Shown: positions 12,902 through 24,713 of the stretch, in pieces
Position numbering within the stretch: position 1 is the first letter of the stretch
How the letters are laid out: every line of letters begins with the position of its first letter
NCBI GenBank assembly: GCA_027923505.1
Contig: BROI01000017.1
Span: 620,001-684,000, forward strand
From: Mayamaea pseudoterrestris
Taxonomy: Eukaryota
Reading direction: 5' to 3'
DNA length: 64,000 bases
Notes under the pieces: generated by a model
Seen by the model: only the letters and a program-made list of their open reading frames with translations
Databases searched by the model: none
Told to the model about the DNA's origin: nothing
Position numbers and translations under genes: made by a program

Positions 12902-13577
12902 CTATCGATTCGGTGCCGGCCCGCCAGATCCATGCCGCTGCGGATCATGCTGCAACATGTAGGCGGCGAGCCATTCAATTGGCTTTGGCGGACGTTCCTT
13001 GACAAGTTCCGACATGCCTGCCAGAACAAGAAATAGTTATATACATGAGAAAATGATGAATTTAGCAAATGCAACTCAAAAGCAGCTTTTACATACCATC
13101 GAGTAAAATTGGAACCACAGTCTGATCCAAATACGCTCGAATGGGAAGGCGGCGAAAGGCCTCCTGCTGTTGCTGCTGCGCCATTATGTTGTTCGGCATG
13201 CTCGACGGAGGCGCAACGTGTTGCTGCGGCATTGGCTGCATGGAGGATGCATTGGGCGGTTGCGGAGGTGGAGCACCATACAATGACGAAGAAATCTGCG
13301 GTTGCTGATGATTCTGCATGGACTGCTGCTGCTGCGGCTGTTGCATAAGGACTTGCTGGCGTTGCTGCAACTGAGCAATGAATTGCTGCTGATCAGCCGA
13401 TCCTTGTTGCTGTCCATGGTGGGGAGGACCTTGCTGCTGCTGTTGGGGCGGCATTTGCTGCGGACGTCCAACGTTTTGCGGCGGAAACTGCTGGTGCTGC
13501 TGCATAAACTGCGGAGGCGGTTGCTGCTGTTGCTGCGGAGGCCCGCCTTGGAAGCCACCCAAGTTGTTGGGATCCAT
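12902..13577 (-). CDS. DPY30: DPY-30 family protein (COMPASS subunit) with Q/P-rich N-terminus, intron 13018-13096
   Basis: Spliced LPIRAYLDQTVVPILLDG|MSELVKERPPKPIEWLAAYMLQH is the DPY-30 motif. Confidence 0.9.
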
Positions 13578-13848
13578 GGTGATAAACGACGATTAGTGCT
13601 TGGAACAAAGGTTGGACAGCAAGTCGGAAGATGCAAGGCGGGGCAGCCAATCGTGTGTCATTGTGAACGGCGGAGAAACGTCGGCGCGAGGGCGCGGCAG
13701 CTTTTAGGCGTCGCACTGGTTTTGACAATTCTTCCATTGAAAAGCGAGCGTCTCTCTATCTTTTCCTTCTCATTTTTGTCATAAGCCACTGTTTATTAAT
13801 TATCCCTCTTGTGCTTTGCCGATTAGGCTTTCTCGCCAATACCAACTA

Positions 13849-14415
13849 ATGGTCCGAGATGATCACGCAAACGTAAAGGAAGGCGATGCCGATGCTGCGT
13901 CTGCTTTGACTGTTTCTTCGACAATAAACAACACAAGCAAAGACCAAGACAGCCATTCTGATGACAGTCAAGACTGTCATTCTTATAACTCGCTTGATGA
14001 CATTGGGAACTCGCTGCTTGATGAAATTGAGCGGGAAATTCAGTGTCAGTTGGACGCACAAATTGACGACATGATGGAACAACAATGGAACGAAATGATG
14101 CAAGAACATGCGAAGGAGGATAGCGACTCTACCGACTGCGACGAGCTTGATTATCAGGTCTGGGACGACGAGATGGAAGTGCACGCGGGTGATGTTACTT
14201 CTGTCGCAAACGACTATGCCGAAGGCACACTAGACGACCTTTGGTTGCTACAAAACATGACTATACAGTCCACAGTGCGACCAAAAGTCAAAACATCTCT
14301 CAATACACGTAGACAAGAGACTCCCTTGCTTTCGCCCGCATCTGCAGGCGATTCGACTGTCGAGTCTATACAGGCAACCATTCGACAAGTCTTGCAGCTG
14401 CACGGATACCTATGA
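13849..14415 (+). CDS. Hypothetical acidic protein
   Basis: D/E-rich ORF of ~190 codons, divergent from DPY30. No family recognised. Confidence 0.5.
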   Translation: MVRDDHANVKEGDADAASALTVSSTINNTSKDQDSHSDDSQDCHSYNSLDDIGNSLLDEIEREIQCQLDAQIDDMMEQQWNEMMQEHAKEDSDSTDCDELDYQVWDDEMEVHAGDVTSVANDYAEGTLDDLWLLQNMTIQSTVRPKVKTSLNTRRQETPLLSPASAGDSTVESIQATIRQVLQLHGYL

Positions 14416-14885
14416 CGCCAGAAACTAAAGTTTAGCATGATAGCTACATTTTGCGCTCTATTGTAAATAAAGGTCATATGATACATACATATTGCGCTAT
14501 ACATCATATATATTTGAGTAGTAGAAGGCCTTAAAGATCACTCTCTTGGAGGCTAACCACTTAGCTACTCATCATACCGGCATTGAAGATGACGTCATCC
14601 TCATTCGTCTCCCTCCAATGCAGGCGCGGCATCAGCTGCTCTTGATTCTTGGCAAGCGATGTTTGTCATTTATTTTTCTTCCGAACGTGCCGCAAGGTCT
14701 TGACACGAGACGCCTTGTCGTATTGCATCTGAACAGAACGTAGCAGTAAAAGTACTGGAACAAGGAGTAGCCTCCAAGTAGGACAACTGTACTTGCGGTA
14801 CTTGCGATTCATTTGCGTACCTCATCATTCCTCGCAAGCACGCAACAAACACACTATTTGTAGAAGTACATCTTGACATTTCACC

Positions 14886-17800
14886 ATGACGACTGATAGC
14901 AACGCCATGAAGTACGATTCCGTTGGCATTCTCGCCATGGAGGTTTACACCCCGCGCACCTTTGTCAGCCAAGCCGCCTTGGAGAAGCATTCCGGCGTAC
15001 CAGCCGGCAAGTATACCATTGGCTTGGGCCAGGAAGGATTGGCGTTGACGGGCGATGCTGAAGACATTAACAGCCTCTGCTTGACCGTTGTGCAGAGTCT
15101 TTTGGAAAAGTGAGTACAATATCATCATTTTGGAGTTGATGATGTTTGTTTGGTTTGCATGCTGCGATTGAGTGAATGAATTGGAGACTGCTTGACATTT
15201 CCTTGGCGATGAGAGTCTTGGTCAAATTCCTCTTCAAGTTTTTGCATTCTACCAACATTTGTTCTCACTATTGATCATTTTGATTCTTCTTCTGCCAGAT
15301 ATGACATTGACCCCGATTCCATTGGCCGCCTCGAAGTTGGTACTGAAACGCTCGTCGACAAATCCAAGTCGACCAAGACGGTTTTGATGAGTCTCTTTGA
15401 CAAGAATGGCAGTGGCAGTCGTGACATGGAGGGAGCTACCATTGTGAATGCCTGCTACGGTGGCACTGCTGCACTATTGAATGCCGTCGCCTGGGTCAAG
15501 GAGCGACTCGGAGCCAATAAATCTAATGTTAGCACGCAATCACCACTCGCCATTGTCGTTGCGGCTGACATTGCCGTTTACGCCAGAGGACCAGCGCGAC
15601 CGACGAGCGGCGTTGGTGCCGTGGCTCTGTTGGTGGGAGCAAACGCTCCACTCGTAATCTTGCCGGAGCGAGCGACGCACGCTTGCCATGTGTGGGACTT
15701 TTTCAAGCCCGATCATTCCGTGGAATATCCCGTGGTAAATGGCGCTGACTCACAGACTTGCTACTACCGGGCACTTGATGATGTTTACATGAGATTGGCG
15801 GAGCAATTGAGCAATGGTGATGACGATTTATTTACGGTCGAGTCAACTGACTACTACTGCTTCCATGCGCCATACAACAAGTTGGTGCAGAAAAGCTTTG
15901 CGCGGCTGTACTTGTTGGATGCCGTTCGAAAGTACAGACGTACTAAGCTGCAAGAGTCAGCATTGACGGGCGACAGATTATCAACGGAACACGTTGATGG
16001 AGCCAGTCAAAAGACAGACACCATCGATAGCAATGGTGACAGCAAGATGCACAGCAACGGTGTCAGTCACCACGACAACGATAAAGACTTACCTTTGCGA
16101 GATTGGGTTAACAAGCCACTTGAAGAGACGCACTCGGATCGCAAATTAGACGATGTTTTAAAGAAGCTATCGTCCGACGCTTTTTGCGCCAAACTTGCTG
16201 ATGCAAACATGGCCAGCAAACTTGTCGGAAATACCTACACTGCCAGCATTTTCTTTGGACTCGCATCATTGATTGATCGTGTGGGAAGCAAGGGGGAACT
16301 TACTCCGGGCAAGAATATTATCATGTTTTCTTACGGATCGGGCGCTTTGGCTACAATGTATCGCATACAAGTGTAAGGACGAAATTGCAAGAACATGCAC
16401 ACTTGTTTCTTTATATAATTCTCACCTCGCCTTTTCTTCATTCTTAGTCGCGAACCGACAGGAGCATCAGCCAGATTTACAATTGCTAACATTGCAAGCG
16501 CCATGAACCTAACTGAACGTCTTGCTAGTCGAGAGAGTGTTGATCCGAGTGAACTTGATCATGCTTTGGATACACGAGCTCGCATGCATCACGCCGGTGC
16601 GCCCTACGCCCCCGTCTATCCAACGCTTGGTCGTCTCTTTCCAGGGACTTACTATCTGGAAGAAATTGACGCGCAATGGAGGCGGACTTATCTTCGAATT
16701 CCGCGTGACGCTCGCGTCGATCCGCCTGGATCGAGCTTGGCACCGCAAAGTGTCCTTCAACTTGCTCAGAACGAAGCGACCATCGAACAAGTGGTCGACA
16801 CACGGGCACTCGAAGCACCACAAAAAGTGGCATGCGTCATTACCGGGACAGCCGCAGGATTGCCGGGGACAGAAAGGGTCGTGTTTAAGAGTGAAAATCT
16901 TCAGCGCTTGATCGACGGCAAGCAGTGTATCGCTTCCTTGTCGGAAGGCGACAAACAGGCCATGCTGGAAAAGAACGTGGTACAGCTGGTGAAGCAGAAG
17001 GATGGATTAATTCAGAAGCTGCCGGTCGATTCGGAGGAACACATCATCAAGCTAGCCGCCAAGATTGGAACGTTTGATTTGTCTGATGCCTATGGTATTC
17101 CTCCTGGGCTTGCACAAACAATGGATATTGCAGCTCAATTAGCAGTAGCTTCGGGAATGGAAGCGTTGAAGGATGCAGGATTAGTCAGCGGCCAGTCCAA
17201 TGATCCTAATGAGTGGAAACTCCCTGAACAATTCCGAAACAGCACAGGCGTTGTATACGCTAGCAGCTTTCCAGCTATGGATGCGGCAGTCGGCGAAGTG
17301 ATGCGTTTCCTGCAGTCACAGACGAGTGATGCGAACTCGATGCGATTAATATCGTCTCTACGCAGTCGTCTCCTCAGTCTGACACCGGAGAAACAACTAT
17401 CGGATGACGATGAGACTGCTTTTGCTCGCTTGCTAAAGCGATCCCACGAACTTGAGCCGAACGTGGCAGCCGCAACCTACGAGTTTGATCGCAAATTTCT
17501 GTTTCGCGTGCTGGTGCTTGGCAACGCGCAACTGGCCCAGCTTACAGGCTGCCGCGGTCCAAATACTCAAACGAACGCTGCATGCGCTGGAACAACGCAG
17601 GCTATTGCCATGGCGCAAGACATGCTTATATCAGGCCGAGCTGAACGAGTGGTCGTGGTCGCCGGTGACAACGCTAGTGGCAGCACGTTGCTGCCGTGGC
17701 TGGGTTCTGGATTTCGTGCCTTGGGTGCCGCCTGTACTAAGGACGCCGTCGAGGATGCCGCCATGCCGTTTGACAAACGCCGATCTGGCTTGCTTTTAGG

Positions 17801-18419
17801 CGCCGGAGGCATTGGCTTGGTGCTTGAGACCGAAGCGAGTTCGGTGAACCGCCAAAAGCTGCCGGCTCATGCATTCCAGATCAAGGCTCGATTGCTGCAC
17901 ACGCAATATTCTAACTCGGCCTTTCATGGCGCTGCTTTGGACAGGAAACACATTGCATCGGAACTGCAACGCTTCTTGGCCGACATTGAATTGGTTCATG
18001 GTATATCCAAAACCGAAATTGCTGAACATGGTGTGTACTTTTCGCACGAGACCTCTACGCATGCATCCGATGCCAGTAGCTGCGCCGGTAACGAGATATC
18101 TGCTCTTCGACAAGCATTTGGCGACGAAGACTTGTCCAAGCTGCTGATTCTAAACACCAAGGGGTTTACAGGCCACCCAATGGGTGTTTCGTTTGAGGAT
18201 GTTGCTGCTGTCGAGGTGCTTATGCGGCAGAGGGTGCCACCTATACCCAATTATCAGGAAAAGGATGAGTATCTGGGCAATTTGAACATCTCCAAAGGCG
18301 GGCCTTACGCTTGTCGGTATGCTTTGCGGTTCGCTGCTGGCTTTGGCAGCCAAGTGGCTTTTGCATTGTATGCGGCAGCAGATCAGGAACGAGTTAAACC
18401 TGGGCCGGTTAGTAAGTGA
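14886..18419 (+). CDS. HMGS: HMG-CoA synthase fused to a C-terminal beta-ketoacyl synthase domain (~1089 aa; introns 15110-15298, 16373-16447)
   Basis: HMGS motifs [34 protein letters not shown] and GTYYL. KS motifs [24 protein letters not shown] and KGFTGH. Both GT..AG introns keep the reading frame. Confidence 0.9.
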
Positions 18420-18529
18420 ATGCTATCTGTCCTTTTATGCTACTGTGATGCTATCCTATCAGTGCGGCGTAGCAGGAAAATGTTTTCGTTAGCCTAGCCG
18501 TAGTAGTGCTGCATACTGTACATTACAAA

Positions 18530-19326
18530 CTACGTCATTTTCAAATTTAGCGCTTCAACAATCGTCTTGAGTGCACTTTGCGCCGATATGACTTGCTTTT
18601 TTGCTTCTAGCAAATACTTTAATACATTGTCTTCTCCACCTCCTGGATTGTATTCGCCAAATTGACTCACGTAAGCCATGCTATTGCTCATGGCCATGGC
18701 TCCCTCCCATTCCTCGGCAGCTTCAAAAATCTCCGGTAGCTTGTCTGGATCAATGCTGTCCATGTATCGAATCTTGGCAAACACTTTATCAATCTGGAAG
18801 AGAGGATCAGTCGTTGTTCTCTGGAAAAGAATATTGATGATTGGTAAGCATTGCCTTCACGAACATACGACATCGCTGAGCAGAAGACAACGTTGAAAAC
18901 ATACCAGACCGAGAGCTCTTCGAATAGCGTCGGAATCTCGTTTGCATTTGCCTCCGCCACCTTCTTTGCAAACTGTCGTTTCTTCCTAAACGTTTAAGAT
19001 GAAGAAAGACGAGTCAGTCTCATTTCTTTTCCATGTCAGCTGACAATCACACAACGTACATCAAAATGGTCAAGCAAGTAGTTGATTTGCTTGTAGCCCT
19101 TTACAATTCGATCCAATTCTTCCGCGGTCGGCCCAGCACCAGCTGCAAAGGCAGATTGTATTCCAAAGTGATGCTGAGCAACGAAGAACGCAGTGCTTCC
19201 ACCAACGGCAGTCGCAAAAGCTTGTCGCCGATCCATGGTGGAAAGTGCCAGAGAATGCGCCAGTGACGTCAAACCAGCAATGGCGACTAGTAGCTGCATC
19301 TGTAGCAATGTTATTGATCTCATCAT
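18530..19326 (-). CDS. Plastid-targeted, probably thylakoid-lumen protein, 3 exons (introns 18986-19059, 18821-18904)
   Basis: Signal peptide, then an RR motif, hydrophobic stretch and AFA cleavage site (TAT-like). The exons splice in frame. Confidence 0.7.
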
Positions 19327-19630
19327 GTACTTTAACTGACAGAATGCCCAAGGAGATGGCGCCTATCAGGTGATGTGATGTGTGCAGCGCGAAAGATCGC
19401 GCGGTTCGAAATCTACGGTTGCACTATTCGGTTCATGTGCTTTTTCGACGTCAACCGCTTAGCTATGTAGGAGTAGCATTCCTACATGAGAGTCTAATTC
19501 TGTCTAGGGGGCTTGGTTTATGGATGTGGTTGTGTTTGAATATATTAATCTTTGGATGACATTTTGTATTGAATGTGGATGTAGATGACTTAATTGGTGA
19601 CTGTGTTCGATGCTACAAGTGTATGTATAT

Positions 19631-19941
19631 TGTAACTTGTAAATCAAATCGTTGCACCTTTCGCTTGTAGCTGTCCTTGGATGGCCAATCCAAGCTTGCA
19701 GTTGCTACAATACGAGAGACGAATAAATCGCTTTCTTAACTCTTCAAGCTTAGTAAGTCTGCTTGTTTCTACTCTATATCGCACTAGTTTCAGCAATATA
19801 CTTGTTGAATCGCTTCGAAGCCGTCGCTGCCACGCATCACGCGATCGTGAGGCTGTGGTGAGCCGCGAGTGCCGCTGTGTCACCCTATCGGACATTCGGT
19901 GTGACTTGCCCGATTTTCGCTGTTTTCGTTCGCATCCTGCA
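19631..19941 (-). repeat. 3' LTR of element 1 (TG...CA, ~311 bp)
   Basis: Follows the PPT. Its terminal 25 bp (tgtaacttgtaaatcaaatcgttgc) recur at 24689-24713. Confidence 0.8.
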
Positions 19942-22900
19942 ACTCCCCTCAAGTCATACCTAATAGTTAGATTCCTTGAAGAGCAGGTTCTTTAAGTGCT
20001 TGCTTGCCGTAGCCCGTGGAAGAAACTTGGTAAGTACATCCGCCGGGTTTGTCGTTCCCATGATGTGGTTGAAATTAATAATTCCCGCCGCAATCGCTTC
20101 GCGTACACGGTGAAATGCCAGTGCATTGTGTCGCTTCGTCAGACTAGAGTGCGGTAGGTTGCTGCTTTGCGTTACCGACTTGTTGTCTCCAAACATCCAT
20201 GAAGGTCCGTCGAGCGGAACTCCCAACATGCGTAGCGTGAAGCGAAGATCCATGATCTGCTCCGTGCTCACTCTCGCTGCTACAAACTCCGAGCCGTACG
20301 TCGCCGTCTCGACCGTCGCTTGGCGTTTCGAAAACCAATCAACGACTGTTCCATTCAACATGTGTAGCATGCCCATCGCTGCCCGTCCCGTCGTGTAATC
20401 GTGGTACAGGTTCGCATCTTCGAACGTTGACATTCGCACCGCCTTGCCGCGCGGCGTGGGCATGTTCCACGGAAGCTCTTCGCAGATCTTGCCGTACACA
20501 CTGTAATCCCAATCCATCTTGTCAACTGTCGCGTATCGCTCGTCCGTTGGAATCGAAACGTTGAATCGAATCGCTCCATCCGGGTATCTTCGTAGGTATC
20601 CGCAAATATGCTTCAACCGTTCCAAGTGCCCCGCTCGTGGCGCAGCTCGGAATCTCCCCATAGTCATGACAGCACAGTGAATGTCGAATCGACATAAACT
20701 TACTGCCCATTGCAACGCACCAATTATCGATTGATACTTCGCAATTCCGTCGTCGTCAAGTTCTTTCGTTTCGTCGAGTTCCGGATGATCGCCGTCGCGT
20801 AGTGGACTTGTCTGCGGTCGCGGTTCCTCGCCGAACATTTCTTTGTAGTTCGCTAGTAGTCTTGTGACGTACTTCTTCGCTCCGAAGCAGAGTACGCCGT
20901 CGTCGTCTCGCCAAACGTCTGCGCCCAAATGATATGCCAATGGACCGACGCCCTTCAACTTGTAGTTGTAGTTCTCAATTAAAAGATTCGTTAGTTCCTT
21001 CGGATTCTTCATCGCTATCGCTAAATCGTCGACATACACACAAACGTATTCGTAGTGCGTGCCTTTATCGCGCATCCACACGTCCGGTTCTGCGATACAC
21101 GGCATGAAGCCAATGTCGCGGAGCGTGTCTGCAAAGTGCTCGTGCCAGCGTGCGCCTGACGTGCGAAGACCGTATAATGCCTTCACGATCGTGAGCGTGT
21201 GACCCTCGAGCTCCCGAACTCCGGACCTGCCACGATATAAACCTTCTCTTTCGTTTTCGCTTCCAAGTATGCGTTGCCGACGTCAGCTGCCCACAGTTCC
21301 AGACCGTTGAGTTCCGCTAACATCGCTACCATTCGTAGACTTCGCAATGACACAACGCCCGAGTAAACTGAATCCTTCGGCGGCTCTGTCATATGTCCTC
21401 CTCACACGAGACGTGCTTTCCGTCGCAAATCGTACTTCACATCGCACATCATGTGCACGTTTATTCGTTTCCACGCCGCCCGCCTAACCTTACCGACTCC
21501 TTGATCTGCGAACGTGTCGTAATCATTTATCTGGATTTAATTCCGTTCGAATCGCATCCGTCCACAGCGTGTTGCCGTTGATCTCGTCGAGAGCTTTCGC
21601 ATCTTTATAATTGCGCGGCAACCTTACGCCGAATGTAGCGTACGCCGTTTGCTTCGATTTTCGTTTCGCCGCTGTTACCATCTGTCGAAACTTCTTTCCT
21701 TCCGAGTGTAATGCTCCAGCTGCTTCCATCCTGGCTTGTCGAGTAAGCCGTGCTTGAGTCCATACTCTGCGATCGTTATCGGATCGTCCTTCTTCATGAT
21801 CGCGAGAGGCTCCACGTTGTCGTTACGTCAGTCCATTCGACGAGAACGTTACTTGAACTTCCTTTGTATGTCGGATCGTTCGGTTTCAAATTAAGCTCGT
21901 GTCCGATTACCTTCGTGAATACCCACTGAGTCGCCGGATCGTTTCGTATATCTTCGTCCATCTGTCGTTCGATTAAATCCGACAGTTCGTTGTAATCATT
22001 AAGTCTTTCGCTGGCTCCTCCCATTTAGTTGAAACGCGCCTCGTTTCGAGTGGCTCGGTTATCGCCTTCCGATATTTCGCATGCAGTCCTCATTTTTCTC
22101 CGTTTTGCCGTGTTCCCTTACGAACGTCGTCCGATGGGTTCGCGGAAGACCAGCATTTCTTCCTGATTCCTCATCGCTTCTGAGAGAACTTCGCTGGTAC
22201 GTTTGGCGTGGTTCTGCTCGTGTTTCGTCGTCGTTTCCTTCCGTGTTGTTGTTTACTACTTTCTGTCACATGCGTGCGGTGGCGTCCTGTCGGGATCTCG
22301 TTCGTCGAAATCGTCGTGCGCGTGCTCGACATCGCAAACAGTCGAGTCCTTACTGGCACGTCCGGACGTCATGATGACAGTCGGATACTTATCCAAATCA
22401 TCGAACGGGTTCTGTCGTCCAAGTACACCAGGCCATCGCGAATTGCCAATGGTAAAACGTAGCCCAATGTTCGTCGTAATCTGTTGCGTTCCGCCAAACA
22501 TGGTCGGAATATCGTCGACGGGATGTCCCATTGCGCGCAATTGATTCGGGCAATGAATCGTCGGTCCGTTCCCGCTTTTAAAGCATACTGGTGACACAGA
22601 AGCAGAATGGTTTCGCCACTGGCAGGGTCTTTGCCAGTCCAGCTGCAGTGCCAATCTTGAGCTGGGACAATATGATCGTCAATACCAGTCACATCCACCC
22701 GGCGTTCGCTCCGAAACGACGAGCATGCCTCTCCGCATAAGCTTCCGCCTGCGCCGTCGATGAGCGCGCCTTCGTTGATCCGCTCGTAGTGTGCGCGATT
22801 GACGCGCATACGACGATGCATGTTGAAGCTGAATGTACTCGTCCGGTGTTATCAGTCGTCAACGATCCTGTCACTTGCTGAGTTGTAGTGCAATACTCGC

Positions 22901-24713
22901 ATTGTTCGCTTGCAGAACCGATCGCAGCCAGGTTTGGACTGACATTCCACTATTGCCGGGCTGAATATTAATCGTGCCAGGAACGCTTCGGTGTGATCGT
23001 TCGCTACAGATTCCGTCGCGTGATTGATGCGCCGCGTTGACTTGCGTCTGCGTCGTAGCCAGGCCTCGCTGGTTGCGCGGTCGCCATCCGTTTCGGGTGT
23101 CTTGGCGCCGTCGCACGCTTGTCCTTCAACTGCTTTCGCTGATCAAACTCATCTCCAACCAGACTTCATCCTTCACGCTCGCGTGAGGTTTTCATGATCG
23201 CTGCAAATCGTTCCGCTGATAAGCTGCTTGGAGTCGCGCCGCCATTGCCGCCGCCGCCTCCTTTCGTTCCACTAGACTGCGCTTGATTGATTGTGCGCTT
23301 AGTCTTCGTCGTCGATGGGTGTTTCTTGTCATACTTGATGCAGCACTTTCTAAGTGCGCGTACAACTGCGCGAAATTGTCTTCCGGAGTCGTGTTGCCCC
23401 ATGTGTCTTTGATGGCAATCATTCCGTCAAAACCTGCTAGTGATGCGCTGAATCCTGTGTGCTCGGAGAAAGCGTCGCGTAGATGTCGTATCGTTGTAAA
23501 CTGTCAGAGCTTGGGCGTCCATTTCGAGCAGCCAGATGACTTTCAGAACAGTGCGAGAAATTGATCGTCGGCCGTGACCACTTCTCGGTCAGCCGCATTC
23601 CCTGCAGTTCCGTTCGCGCGCGTTCCTTCTCGATGTGAGCAGTAGCGCCTCTTCGTATCGCGTTCCGCAATCGTTGGTAGACTTCGCGTCCGTCCATCGT
23701 CTTCTTTGAACTGCTGTACTGCGAGTGATGCAGAGACGGAGTTCGACAGTGTGAGAGATCCTGTATACAAACACATTTTCTTGCATACGCCTCTGTTCTT
23801 TCGGTTTTCCTTCTGGTCATAATCGCTGTCAAAGACTTCGTGGAAGTCATGCAATGTAGCGATGACTTTCAACTCGGAATCCACTGTTTCACGAGGAATC
23901 CAGCTTTACTTTTTACAACTCGCCGAGAACTTGATAGGACTTTCGTAAATTCGGTCTGAATACTTCGTCGTCTTCGTCGTCGCCGAGGTCCAGTACGGAT
24001 GTCGGTGATCGCTTTGTCCACGTCCACACCCTCGTCGGTGGCACTGTCGGCCGAGTTTCAATCTTCGTTCGTTAGCGTGGAGTCCTGGATCTGTCCTTCT
24101 TGATTCCGTTTCGTTTCGCTGGAGGTTTCGCTCCGCTTCCGCCGCCCCACGCTCGCAATGTTGCGCCGCTTCTTTGCTCGCAGTTTGACGAACGTCGCCA
24201 GCGTTTTCTGGTGGTCAGTTGCGACCATGTCTTGATGTCCGGCGACTCTTGCGCCAATACCATTCGATCGCGTTCGTGATCGTGCGTTGTTTCATCTTGT
24301 TAGCGAGTGCTTCCTGCTCGTTTCCTGCGTGACATTGTCGCCATCGTCAGTCGTCGTCGTTGTCGTCGTCGTGACGTTCCACTTCGTCGCGAAATCGTCG
24401 TACTCATCTCGATCAGTTGCGTAAGCGATTCTACTCTGGAGTTCGCCGAATAACCTTGAACTGGAGGATTTGAAAACGCTCACGTTCTCTTTCGTAAACA
24501 TGCGCAAACGCCGCGTCTTTCTGCGCGCGCGAGTTTCCGCCATCGTTGTCGTCGTGACAATGTTCTTGGCACACCTGCGGAACTTTCCGCCAAGAACCAA
24601 CGTGCGTCCACGCGCATTTCGTAAATCAATAGTACTCTTCAAGGTCGATAAAGTCTTCATGCCGAGTAATGAGTCTCAAGACAGCGATTGTAACTTGTAA
24701 ATCAAATCGTTGC
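19631..24713 (-). mobile_element. Ty1/copia (CoDi-like) LTR retrotransposon 1; degenerate, 5' LTR truncated
   Basis: RT/RNase H ORF 19960-21186 (ALYGLRTSG, YVDD, VETATYGSE, NPADVLTK). Frameshifted gag/protease remnants upstream. Polypurine tract GAGGGGAG next to the LTR. Confidence 0.92.

Noticed and set aside
19395..19420. GGTTCGAA T-loop-like motif
   Set aside because: No surrounding tRNA cloverleaf.
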